DNA of 64,000 nucleotides from a virus: positions 34,514 through 98,513 of IMG/VR virus record IMGVR_UViG_3300038415_000126; one strand, written 5' to 3'. The notes beneath the pieces are model-generated. The model did not search any database, was not told the origin of the DNA, and worked only from the letters and a program-made list of their open reading frames with translations. A program made the translations under genes and the position numbers. This document shows, in pieces, positions 54,116 through 64,000 of the stretch (position 1 is its first letter; each line of letters opens with the position of its first letter).

Positions 54116-55280
54116 GTACTACACTACCTGACCTGATGCTACAACCCAGGGGTCTCATGCTCGCGCTCGGCGATCATCTGTAGGCTGTTTTCCAGGTTCT
54201 GGACGGCTGAGTCCAGTTCCCCCATGACCTCCCCCAGATCGTAAGGAGCCTCATACCAGAAGAATGGATGGTCGTAGCTTAGGTCCTCGGGGGACACTAG
54301 GACCTTGCTGAAGGTTTCAAGGATGGCTTTGATTCGGGCTTCGAGGCTCTTCAGGTTTTCCGTCGGTGTTTCCAATTGGGTCATTCTCCAAGTGATACGA
54401 GCAAAACTGGGTTCCGTCGTAGCCCGTTATCGTCTTTCCCCAGTATTTGCAATAAGGTACCTCACAGACATTCCCTCGGTTAGCGCATGTCAGGCAGGTC
54501 TCCGGTGGTGGGACATACAGCCTAACTACTTGATTGGTATAGCGTTTTAGGGGTGGTTGAGCCCTCGCGCGCAGGAAGTTACCGAACACGTCGAAAAGGA
54601 CGTAGATGACTGGCATGATCCTAACGGTCACGCGGCAGGTTCCTCGGGTGGCTCCCAGCAGCCGGTGATATTGAGGAGTGCGTACGCGAGCTTTGGGAGA
54701 CTCTCATTGGTTGGCTCAACCACGACAAGGTCATCTGGGTCGTTGACCTTGTACTTGTCGCGCCACTGGATGACCACGTTCCAAAGGGCTTTGAGAGCTT
54801 CGGGGGTCGGTTCTGTCCCCTCCTCGAAGTTCAGAGCATGGAAGATTCGAGCACCCCAATCATCCTGTAAGTTGTCGAGTTCCTTCTGGATTGTACTGGC
54901 CAGCTCGAAGATCTTGAGGTGGCGCTGGTCGATACGCTTCTGGAGTTCCTCCTCGGTCAGGGAGATTCCAGATCGCTTGTCTTCGTGAGGGGTTCGGGCA
55001 TTGTCTTCGATGGTCATGGCTTCACCAGCCTTTGGGCAACATCGTTGGCATACTGCGCGAGCCAGCCATTCGTGTAGATGATGTCAGGGTTGGCCTGGTG
55101 GTCCAACATTTTCTCCACTACTCCCGGCGGTAGGTAATCCCTCATGAGGTCGTAGAGGAATCCTACCAACCGGCTGTTGTATTGTATTTCCCCGCTGCGC
55201 TCGCGCATAGATTCAAGGTCTTCGTCGGGCATCTCGACGGATACACCGAAACTTGTACTAATCGACTCCCACCCGACTGA

Positions 55281-55784
55281 CTAGATCACGGGTTTGCGCT
55301 CGTAGCGCGAGATCCGCTTGATGGGCGGTTCCGGGGGCGGAGGTGGGCCTTCATAGATGGGTAAGCTCCACAATCTGCAGTCTACGGCTCGCAACCGACG
55401 ATATCCCTGGTCGAAACGTTCTCTGAAATATGGTTCAAGTAAATGGTTTGAGAAGGCTAGACCCACAGTAACCAAGGTCAAAGTATCTCGAATTGCGTGT
55501 GTCCTGATTACCCCGTAAAGGTGGCTTTCGAGACCCTCCTGAGACCCACACAAGACGAGGGCCTCAAGACGAGATTGGATCTGTTCGAGGATGTTTGGGT
55601 AGTCCTCTCCTACCTCTTCTTGAACCGAGAAAAGTGGAGTGATGACGTGGGACGCGCGCATAACTTCCAGGATGCTCTCGCCATCTTCGCCAATGATCCA
55701 GACTGGCTCACCTACCAATTTGGAGAACATTGGGAGTTCTTGGTCTTGCAGCTGCCACCAGGTGATTGGCCGAGGGCTTGGCAT
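55281..55784 (-). CDS. Hypothetical protein with tag KRISRYERKPVI; paralog of 63125-63596
   Basis: TWWQ....LP.F.K....PV...GE.G..I.EV shared; GGTGTA 8 nt upstream. Confidence 0.75.
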   Translation of the reverse strand: MPSPRPITWWQLQDQELPMFSKLVGEPVWIIGEDGESILEVMRASHVITPLFSVQEEVGEDYPNILEQIQSRLEALVLCGSQEGLESHLYGVIRTHAIRDTLTLVTVGLAFSNHLLEPYFRERFDQGYRRLRAVDCRLWSLPIYEGPPPPPEPPIKRISRYERKPVI

Positions 55785-55814
55785 ACTCAAAGTACACCAG
55801 AAGTCTGATTTAAG

Positions 55815-55843
55815 GTTGAGATCTGAGCACCTCGCGCGTAATA
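55815..55843 (+). promoter_or_regulatory. Class I promoter-like motif
   Basis: ATG 55850 lies 6 nt downstream. Confidence 0.8.
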
Positions 55844-55849
55844 CGTGAT

Positions 55850-56788
55850 ATGGCAAACGAAATCGGTTACAAGAAACTGAAGGACGAAACCTGGGGTCTC
55901 TCTGGAGTCAATCTAGTTCCTGGTACTACGGTTACAGTGACCAAGAAGTCAGGAGAAACCAAACAAGAGGTCGTAGGGGCCATCGTTTGGAAGAACAAGG
56001 CCGATGGTTTCTGTTTTGCCAAGATCGCTACATCGAGCCAAGCTCAGAGTCCAGCACCCAAAGCGGCCCCTAGGGCTCGTACTTCAACCCGAGGTACCTC
56101 GACTCGTCGCAGTCGTAGAAGCGGCAAGAAAGAGGGCGTCCAAGAGGGCAAGTACAGTTCTTCGCGCGAGGGTGATGAGGGTGATGAGGTAGGTCGAGTT
56201 CGCTACCTCAAAAGCCAAGGTGTCCGTATCCCCGTTGTGGTTGTAGGGTACGAAACCGGCTACTGTAACGAAGACGGATTGTCATTTGGACTACCCATGG
56301 ATGAGGGTTACTACACTACTTCGTGGTACCGTGATGCAACCGAAGAAGAAGCCACGGACCTAGCTAGTAGAGAGGCTGCCAAGATCTCGGCCAAGGAAAC
56401 CGCTGCGCGAGCTGCCAAGGAAGCTCTAGAGGCTGCCGAGAAGGCTGCGCGAGCACCACTCGAAGGTCTGATCAGAAGTGACTCTCTTGCTACCCCCAAG
56501 GGTACACGAACCTCAGTGGGTAACTTCAAGAACGATTACAGCCAGAACGTGTCTGTCACCAAGATTGAGTTGGAAGACGGACGAGTGGTCTACCACGAAG
56601 GCGTGTACATGTACGATGACAGCCGAGACTACATCTGGGCCACCCAAGAAGTACTCGCGAGCCTCTATGAGGAACGGTTGGCGGAGCACCCCATCAGTCT
56701 GGAAGAGGCCCAAGAGTACTTGACCAAGTACTCAGGTTGCTGCGGAGCTGACATTTACAAGTACGTTGTAGCTCGGACCACCATCTAA
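55850..56788 (+). CDS. Hypothetical multidomain protein
   Basis: 312 aa ORF, leaderless. Confidence 0.8.
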   Translation: MANEIGYKKLKDETWGLSGVNLVPGTTVTVTKKSGETKQEVVGAIVWKNKADGFCFAKIATSSQAQSPAPKAAPRARTSTRGTSTRRSRRSGKKEGVQEGKYSSSREGDEGDEVGRVRYLKSQGVRIPVVVVGYETGYCNEDGLSFGLPMDEGYYTTSWYRDATEEEATDLASREAAKISAKETAARAAKEALEAAEKAARAPLEGLIRSDSLATPKGTRTSVGNFKNDYSQNVSVTKIELEDGRVVYHEGVYMYDDSRDYIWATQEVLASLYEERLAEHPISLEEAQEYLTKYSGCCGADIYKYVVARTTI

Positions 56789-56803
56789 CCTAACATTTTT
56801 CTT

Positions 56804-56832
56804 GTTGAGAAAGTTGTCTCTCGCGCGTAATA
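56804..56832 (+). promoter_or_regulatory. Class I promoter-like motif
   Basis: ATG 56842 lies 9 nt downstream. Confidence 0.78.
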
Positions 56833-57759
56833 CAGAGTATCATGTCCAAGTACAGCAAACCCGAACTCGAACAACAGGCTAACGAGCTCAACAATCAGAT
56901 TTTAGTTGGGCTGGCCGCGATTGGGATCAAGGCTGAGCTGAATGATTGTACCGATGGGATCAAGATTCCTGAGTATACTTACGACATTGCTAGCGTGCGT
57001 GAGCCAAATGGGGAATCTGGTTTCAGTCGTCAACCTACAGGTAAGCTTGAAGTGGACTTCCGATCAGTCCACATGGGTCGAGGTTGCCTTTGCCATGCCA
57101 AGCGGTTCAAGGCTGATACCAAGGATCTGGTCCAGAAAGTGGTCTCCAGCGTCAAGGAGCGTCGGGAGGCTATCGTCGCCCAAGCTAAGCGTGAACGGGA
57201 AATGGGTAAGGCGCGGAGCGCTCACCAAAAAGTCCTCAAGAGTTTGAGCCTTGATTTCCCTGACTTCAAGGGTAACATCGTGAATCACAGTTCTCAGATC
57301 AACCTGAACTTTCATTGGTTGGATGAGAGCAAGGCGCGAAGGATACTCCTTGCGCTTCGGGCTGCCGGTATCAAGGGTGACCGGGGATTCGGAGAAGATG
57401 ACCCAGAGAACGAGGAGTAACATGGACATTCCAGGCATTGAGTACATCGTGGTCTGCAGAGAAGACCGGAAAGAGGACGGTACTCCCGGTGAGTACACCC
57501 TGGTGACCCGTACCATTTTCCCCACCAAGGAGGCAGCGGACAAGTTCGCTTCCGAGTGTGCGAGCGAGCGACAAGCCCTGGTCGTAGGTGGCCGGTTCAG
57601 CCAGCTACGACATGACTTCGAGGAGAGATTTCCAAAGCCTCTCATGACCGATTGTGCTAAACACGGGCATACTGAAGCTTTTGGGTATGATGCCGGTGTA
57701 ATGTGCAAGGCTTGCTTCATTGGAGCCTCTCGATATGTAGGCATTCCGTGAGATTAACT

Positions 57760-58110
57760 ATCAAACCTAATGCACCCCAGCTCGGTTGGCCGCGAGCTAG
57801 TCAGGTTGTCCCTGACGAACGGAACCGGGCAGGCCACCCGGAAAAAACACCTGTGACCGGAGGTCTCGTAGGCTTGGCTGCGTAGGATGGTATGACCGAG
57901 GGGTTCGCCCCGGTGACGTCGGTACTGACCACCAAGCACCTTTGAACTCTGGCATAATCGCCCGTCAGGTAGGCGATAAGGAGGCAGAATCCAGCCCCTC
58001 GAATCTCGCAGCAATAATTTGACTAGCTACGAGATTGTGTTGCCGATGGTAAAGAGCGGCCCGTCTGGCTTAGTTTAACCTCCATTTTTCTAAGCTGGCG
58101 GGCCGCTCGC
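57760..58110. ncRNA. Candidate structured ncRNA
   Basis: At least 7 hairpins in a 350-nt intergenic gap, including a UUCG tetraloop. Confidence 0.4.
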
Positions 58111-58609
58111 CTAACTTCTCATGCCCCTTGTTACCCGATCAGTGTTGTACCTCAAGGATGGTACGCCTTTCGACCCTTCTGTGGGTCCAGTTGATCTGAG
58201 TACAACTTGGTGGGAGCTCCACGAGATTGAGCTCCCAGAGTGGCTCTCGACCAAGGAGTACTGCAGGAGCTTTATCAAGTGGAAGCACTTCTGGGGCCTC
58301 GGGGGTAACCCAGAGTGGCCTGAAAAATGGCAACGACTCTTGTCTCGGGGTGGTTCTCCGGCGGATAGACTCGCGTGCATCCAGCTACTCAAGACCAAGA
58401 AGTTCAGGAGCAAGTTCCGCAGCGACCTCTGCGCCCAGCTCGTGAAATGGATGAACGAGGAGCGCTACCCGACCCCGTTCTCTCCTAGGCAGTGGGAAAA
58501 GCTGGTCAATAAGTACGTTGTATGGCGGGCCGAGCGCCTAGAATCCGCTCTTCGGCGAGACAAGAGCTACTACGGGGTACCCAAGGACAACTTGGAAATA
58601 CAAATTCTG

Positions 58610-58638
58610 GTTGAGAATTTGAAACCTAGCGCGTAATA
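58610..58638 (+). promoter_or_regulatory. Class I promoter-like motif
   Basis: In-frame ATG 58645 lies 6 nt downstream. Confidence 0.8.
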
Positions 58639-58923
58639 ATGAGTATGGTGGACTCAATAAATCCAGTCATGTCTCCAACCCTTGAGAGTATTGCTCTGAA
58701 AAGAGCTCTTGAGGTTATGACCCGGCTGGTCATGCTGTACAAGCTGAACAGGTTAGCTGTTACTGAGGCATCCAAGCAACGTTACCAGAGCGAGGCGCGC
58801 GAGTGTGTCCTCACCCTGGAGCAGTATTCCAAGAGTACTACGGATACCGGGGTACGCTGGGTTGTCGGGGAAGCACGTGATGTACTGGAACTCATGAAAA
58901 AAGTTGCGTAATCATAGCTTTTG

Positions 58924-58953
58924 GTTGAGATCTAGACCCCCTCCCGCGTAATA
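58924..58953 (+). promoter_or_regulatory. Class I promoter-like motif
   Basis: Short leader with AAGGA before 58977. Confidence 0.78.
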
Positions 58954-59683
58954 TTCTGTGAAAGGACAATGATCCAATGACCCTGACCCCCTCCTACGGA
59001 CGCGACTACAAGTCAGCCAAAGAAGTGAAGGCTGACTGGGATGCCAACAAGGACTTCACGATTGCTGATGTCTTCGGTGGCCAAGCTGGTCGCCAGATCA
59101 ACAAGCAAGATGCTCCCACGGGTACTCACAACATCCGCTACAACAATCTGACCAAAGTCTGCGTCATTACGGTGAGTAAGTAATGTGGAGGTTCGGTTGT
59201 CTTCGCAGGCCTCAACAGAGTCCTGCCCATGTCCAACCCGGGACCTATGCCCCAGGTGAGGTCCCTGAGTATGCCTTCTGTGAGCCAGTTGTCGCAGGTG
59301 TCAATGCCCGCTGGTATATCCGGAAGGTCAACAACACGCTCTACCTCAGTGGTGGCATCGACACCCCTAGCCTATGCGGCCGGGTGAAGCCCTTTGGACA
59401 TGAGCGGGGCGCCATTGGTGGTTGGGACGTCAACGTCAAGATCACTGAGCGCCACCTAGGACATTCCTGCCCGGCTTGCGTCGAGGCTTATCGACTGATT
59501 TCTATACCTGCTGAAAAAGACTAGAGCCTATGGAACCACCCAAGTACAGTAAAGGCTATGAAGAGCACAGCAGCTACTGCACGTGTCCATTCGAGTTTAG
59601 GCAAGAGCATCCAGACCCAAACGAGCACGAAGAAGAGTGTGCTTGTATATGTAAGCGTCCGCCGCCATCTAGTGAAACTTCCG

Positions 59684-59713
59684 GTTGAGATCTACACCCT
59701 CTCGCGCGTAGTA
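59684..59713 (+). promoter_or_regulatory. Class I promoter-like motif (CGCGTAGTA variant)
   Basis: ATG 59720 lies 6 nt downstream. Confidence 0.75.
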
Positions 59714-59719
59714 CTGATC

Positions 59720-60307
59720 ATGACCTTCGAACCCATGGTTAAATACATCCCTCCCGGTCAACGTGGCAGGGTTGAGGTTAGTCACTTTCACATTGGGGAG
59801 TCTGAGTTCCACTCCATGCTACTCAGAGAGGCGGCTACTAGGGGTCGTGAGCAGGCTACGCCCACGGGAGACTACTGCCGGCTGATCATCAATGGGCAGA
59901 CCGTCATGAGCGACACCTACTTGGAGTACTCGACCAACCGCGAGGTGGTCTACCAGGCTCGTGGTGACGTCCTCATCGCCGGGCTTGGCATCGGCTTCAT
60001 CTTGGTCCCCCTGCTTGCCAAGGAGGGTGTGAAGAGCATCACGGTCATTGAGAAACATCAAGAGGTGATTGACTTGGTGGGTCCTCATTTCAGAGACCCA
60101 CGCCTAACTGTAACCCAAGGCGATATCTTCAAGTGGAAGCCCATTAAAGGGTCCACCTACGATGTCATCTACTTCGACATTTGGCCCTGTATTTGTGCTT
60201 CCAACCTCAAGGAAATGACCCGACTTGAGAGACGATTCAGGCCGTTCAAGAGTGAGGGTGGCTGGATGGGCTCGTGGGCAAAGACCCGTTGTAGGAGACC
60301 TAGGTAA
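59720..60307 (+). CDS. Class I SAM-dependent methyltransferase, spermidine synthase-like
   Basis: VLIAGLGIG, TVIEK, GDIF, YDVIYFDIW. Confidence 0.85.
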   Translation: MTFEPMVKYIPPGQRGRVEVSHFHIGESEFHSMLLREAATRGREQATPTGDYCRLIINGQTVMSDTYLEYSTNREVVYQARGDVLIAGLGIGFILVPLLAKEGVKSITVIEKHQEVIDLVGPHFRDPRLTVTQGDIFKWKPIKGSTYDVIYFDIWPCICASNLKEMTRLERRFRPFKSEGGWMGSWAKTRCRRPR

Positions 60308-60906
60308 TCATGAAATGGGACATCGACAAGGCGTTGGAGTCGTACGGTCAACCTGGGGTGCTCATTGAGCACAGTGTTGTTCGAGTGCTGATCCATAGGG
60401 GCCAGTGGAAGAACCACCGGCTCAATCCCAAGCTGACTGATCCGAACCAGGAAAGCGTTCTCGCTTGGAGCCTCGGTGTTGGCCGGTGGGGACATCCCAA
60501 GCTGTTCGTTATGGCTCTGACCCTTCGAGAGGCTCATCTACGGTTGCGCAAAATTATCATGAAGATGGATCAGGAACCGGCCAACCTCTATGGGGTCAGG
60601 TTCAAGCCCAAGCGAAATAAGTTCGAGCGTCGAGAGCGGAAACCCAAGAAGCCGGTTGAGGTTAAACCGACCAAAAAGAAGGCCAAGTGATCCATGGATC
60701 TAGACACATTCATCAAGAAGCTTCAGGACTTGCGAGCCACGGGTGGTAACCTGGACGTGTTCTACTTGGTCCACTCAGACTCAGAGCAGTACCCGGCGGA
60801 CGACGTCAAGATTGTTCAGGCCGATGAGGCTATCGAGGAGAAGATTGGTCTTTCAGAGGGTACCCCGTACGTCCTGATCGAAAGCGAAGCGGTCTGGTGA
60901 TTCCTT

Positions 60907-60936
60907 GTTGAGTTCCTGGGAGGCTGGCGCGTAATA
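60907..60936 (+). promoter_or_regulatory. Class I promoter-like motif
   Basis: ATG 60943 lies 6 nt downstream. Confidence 0.8.
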
Positions 60937-61528
60937 CCTAGTATGACCACTCCGACCACCCCCGAGACCGAGAACAGGACGCCCGAGAACATCAAGTACA
61001 TGCCGATGTTCAACCTGGTTTCTCCGAAGGACAACTGGAAGAAACCCATCAACGCGCTGGTTGACCCGATGGATCTGGTCGAGCTTGGGATCACCAAGCA
61101 GGACTTGTCGGACGCAGTTGAGTTCTTCACGGGTGCGCCTGCTGTCATCGTACGTGAGGGTAACAAGTACCGCGTGACGGCTCCGGGGTACTACATCGTT
61201 GTTGGAGCATGAGGGATGCATCAGGTTGAGACCCCTATTCACTGGCTATGGTTGGCGCGCGGAACGGAGCCTACTATCAATGTGGGCTCTGGCGGAAGTG
61301 CTTTGGTGATGATCGGGGACTTCGAGAAGGACTTCAAAGTGGTTGGGGAGGGACTTCTGAAGGTACCCCTCTTCAAGTTGAGTGTCCGCACTGGTTCGAG
61401 CCCCTCGCTTGAATCGAGGATCGCCGACCATGTCCAGATGACGGTCAAGTGGGCTCGGGCGTTGAAGGCTAGGTGGTCCAGCCTCAACATCTACGGGACC
61501 TTGAAGTCGAAGGGGACCCAAGGGGGGA

Positions 61529-61750
61529 GTGAGTAGCGGAGCTGGCGGGACCCCATTGGTTGACTCTGTCGAGATGGGCTTGGTCTGCGCAAACATACCG
61601 CTGATGAACCATCCGGGCCTGGTTGTTCTAGACCACAGTAGGGTGGACTACCTGAAGCTGCCGCGCTTCTTAGTGGAAGCCATGGCAGAGCTGCCAACTA
61701 CTGAACCAACCCCGCGCGTGAGCCGTTACGACAGGAAGTAGGTCATCTGA
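61529..61750 (+). CDS. Small protein whose tag PRVSRYDRK*VI is split by TAG
   Basis: AGG AAG TAG GTC ATC TGA at 61733-61750. Confidence 0.65.
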
Positions 61751-61830
61751 AGATAGGTTTATGACAACAGTGTCATAAACCTAAGTATCCTAGTGCATTC
61801 GGTGTACTTGGGTTGAACCGAGGACCCCAA

Positions 61831-62913
61831 ATGCACTACCATGATCCAGACAAGAAACGCGCGCATGTAATAGTCTTCTACCGAGACTTCAAGGACTACG
61901 ACGACTATGGGGACTACGGGTACGAAGGTTACGGCCGTTGTCACCGGGGTTTGGGTATCAATGCCCTCATGACCGTCAAGTGTCTGCGTAAAGCCGGCAT
62001 ATGCGCTGACCTGAGTGCAGTCATGCACCTAGAAGATGTCAAGAAGGAGCTTACCAAGCACAACCCCACCCATGCTGTGATTCAAGCATTATGGATCTCA
62101 GCGGAAGACCAAGCAGAGCTTTGCCAAGCATTCCCTAATACCCACTTCATCGTCCGGTGTCACAGCCAGATTGGGTTCCTGCAGGTCGAGCCGAATGCCA
62201 TCAAAATCCTGCGCGACCTTCTATTCATGCAGGAGTTGCAGCTCAATCTTTCGGTCTCGGCCAATACCCATCGATTGAGGGAGTTCCTTGAGCAGACCTA
62301 CAAGAGCCGGGTGGTCTACTTGCCGAACCTCTATGATGTTGAGCGTGTTCGCCGGAAGCGGGACGAGAGCCATGACCATCGAGTCCTGAGAGTCTCTAGC
62401 TTCGGGGCCCATCGACTACTCAAGAATCACACGACGGCCGCGGCTGCTGCCCTGATGATGGCCGAGCGGCGCGGGTCCGACTTGGAGTTCTATGTGAACG
62501 CCGGACGTGAGGAGAACCTTCCGAAGAAGTCGTCAGTGATCTCGTCGTTGAAGGCAATGTTCGACCGGTTGTCGTGGGCCAAGCTCATCGAGAGTCCGTG
62601 GGCGGAGTGGAGCCAGTTCAGAGCAACCGTAGCGCACATGGATCTCTGTATGCAGGTTTCCTTCACGGAGACCTTCAATATCGTGACCGCTGATGCTGTT
62701 GCAGAGGGAGTACCTAGCGTGGTGTCCAGTGCTATCGAGTGGACACCGGAACGATGGCATGCCGAAGTCGACAATGCCGCTGACATCGCTCGGGTAGGGT
62801 CCAGTCTACTCTGGGACACTCATGCTGCTGAAGAGGGGCTTCATGCCCTGGAAAGGTACCTCAAGTGCGGGATCAAGCACTGGTTGGAGTACCTGGACAG
62901 CAACCCCACCTAG
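61831..62913 (+). CDS. GT-B (GT4-like) glycosyltransferase
   Basis: LKNH and DLCMQVSFTETFNIVTADAVAEGVPSVVS signature. Confidence 0.85.
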   Translation: MHYHDPDKKRAHVIVFYRDFKDYDDYGDYGYEGYGRCHRGLGINALMTVKCLRKAGICADLSAVMHLEDVKKELTKHNPTHAVIQALWISAEDQAELCQAFPNTHFIVRCHSQIGFLQVEPNAIKILRDLLFMQELQLNLSVSANTHRLREFLEQTYKSRVVYLPNLYDVERVRRKRDESHDHRVLRVSSFGAHRLLKNHTTAAAAALMMAERRGSDLEFYVNAGREENLPKKSSVISSLKAMFDRLSWAKLIESPWAEWSQFRATVAHMDLCMQVSFTETFNIVTADAVAEGVPSVVSSAIEWTPERWHAEVDNAADIARVGSSLLWDTHAAEEGLHALERYLKCGIKHWLEYLDSNPT

Positions 62914-63124
62914 GGCGGCCCTAGCCGGTTGTAGGAGCCGTCATCGTTGACGGTCCACCTCTGACCCCTCCGAGACTGATGTGGATCCTTGTGATCTTTT
63001 GGTAGATCACAAGGATCCATATAGTAGGTGGCCAAGCACTTGGGGTAGTGCTTGAGACAGAGCAAGCAGAAGACCGTGTAGTACTCGTCGCGACACTCGT
63101 GTTCGGGATGTTCGGGGCATTTCA

Positions 63125-63596
63125 TCAGATCACCCAAGGGCGTTCGTAGCGTGACAATGGGCCAAGCCTAATCTCTCTTGGGAGACCCTTTTCAACACAT
63201 TCCCAGTGATCTAGAACATAGTACTTGGGTTGCCCGGTGTGGCTTATATCCGGTTGGAAGTCAGCAGCGATGAAGACCTGGGAGTACGCAACCCCTAGGA
63301 GAACGTCTTCCTTAGAGTACCGGATGACGCAGTTGAATACACCAGGTACCATGCTCTTAGACTTGGCGCATCGCGCATCCCAGCATCTCCGTGAGTTGGT
63401 AGTTGACCCTGGCGGGTGTAAAGGATGCTCGATTCGTAGCAGATAGTGGGAGTATCACCATAGTTCGGCTGACAACCTCGATGATGGCATCCCCATTCTC
63501 ACCTAACAGGATGACCGGAGATCTGTCCGGTTTCCCAAAGGTGGGTAGGAATCCCTCTTCTATTTGCCACCAGGTGACTACGGCCGATACTACCAT
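63125..63596 (-). pseudogene. Frameshift-split paralog of 55281-55784 with tag PLSRYERPWVI
   Basis: 63357-63596 matches the N-half and 63125-63352 the C-half, in different frames. Confidence 0.65.
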
Positions 63597-64000
63597 GGGA
63601 CTTCGTACCCGAATCCCAGCAATTTCTCAACCAGATTTACGAGCCGGTTCTTGACTTACCCCGAGGCGCGGGCGCGGGGAGAGGTTGTCCAAGTAGAATG
63701 CGTCACAGACCATATCATCCCACTCCTCTTGGGTCAGGCTCTCGTCGAAGGCCTGCAGGAGGCGTAAAGCTTGGCTCGGGGCGTACCCCACTTCCAGTAG
63801 GGTAAGAATGACAGTGGTTCTCTTGAGGAGGTCTCCGCTAAGAAAGTAGCTCCGGACTTGTTGAAGGGAGAACGGGAGCGGCTTGCGGAACTGGATACCA
63901 CTGTCCACGGTATTACCCCACCTTCTGTCGGTCCCAACTTGGATCGCGCTCGGACAGAGCTCGACAACGTATGGTAGCGGCCAGCATGTCCTGGATGTTT

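Noticed and set aside
15604-61741. Alternative genetic code (stop reassignment)
   Set aside because: Internal stops are TGA, TAA and TAG replacing different residues, and all three are used as normal stops elsewhere
4292-63160. C-terminal tag as a DNA repeat, attC-like cassette site or DGR variable region
   Set aside because: Codons vary synonymously, including TCN versus AGY for Ser; no conserved palindrome, integrase or reverse transcriptase is seen

Overview
A 64 kb accessory region of what is most likely a large (jumbo-type) tailed phage of roughly mid-50s %GC (estimated by eye). It is densely packed with small ORFs on both strands and shows no terminase, portal, polymerase, rRNA or CRISPR. 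A Polyangiales-style lipoprotein hints at a myxobacterial host. Recognisable genes include Thg1-like guanylyltransferase plus P-loop kinase, HU, several ribbon-helix-helix regulators, homing-type nucleases, a zincin protease, a ParB-like domain, cREC, a SAM methyltransferase and a GT-B glycosyltransferase. The main unexplained structure is a set of peptide tags paired with distinct upstream motifs. (1) A C-terminal tag, R[VIL]SRYxRx[PW]VI-stop, sits on 12 proteins from several unrelated families (plus 3 variants) and is conserved at protein but not DNA level. (2) An N-terminal tag, DPIxxRVAxRY, occurs on 4 larger proteins, three of which have TCTAT exactly 18 nt before the start codon. (3) There are 17 copies of a promoter-like GTTGAG-N14/15-CGCGTAATA motif, mostly 6 nt before ATG (leaderless), and a second GGTGTA class. 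The ORF track misses an HTH-sigma28-like factor broken at two slippery repeats. Other candidates are capsid-fragment decoy proteins (one fused to an Acb2/Tad1-like hairpin), a 25-bp tandem array and several structured ncRNAs. Family assignments are by motif recognition only; no searches were run.
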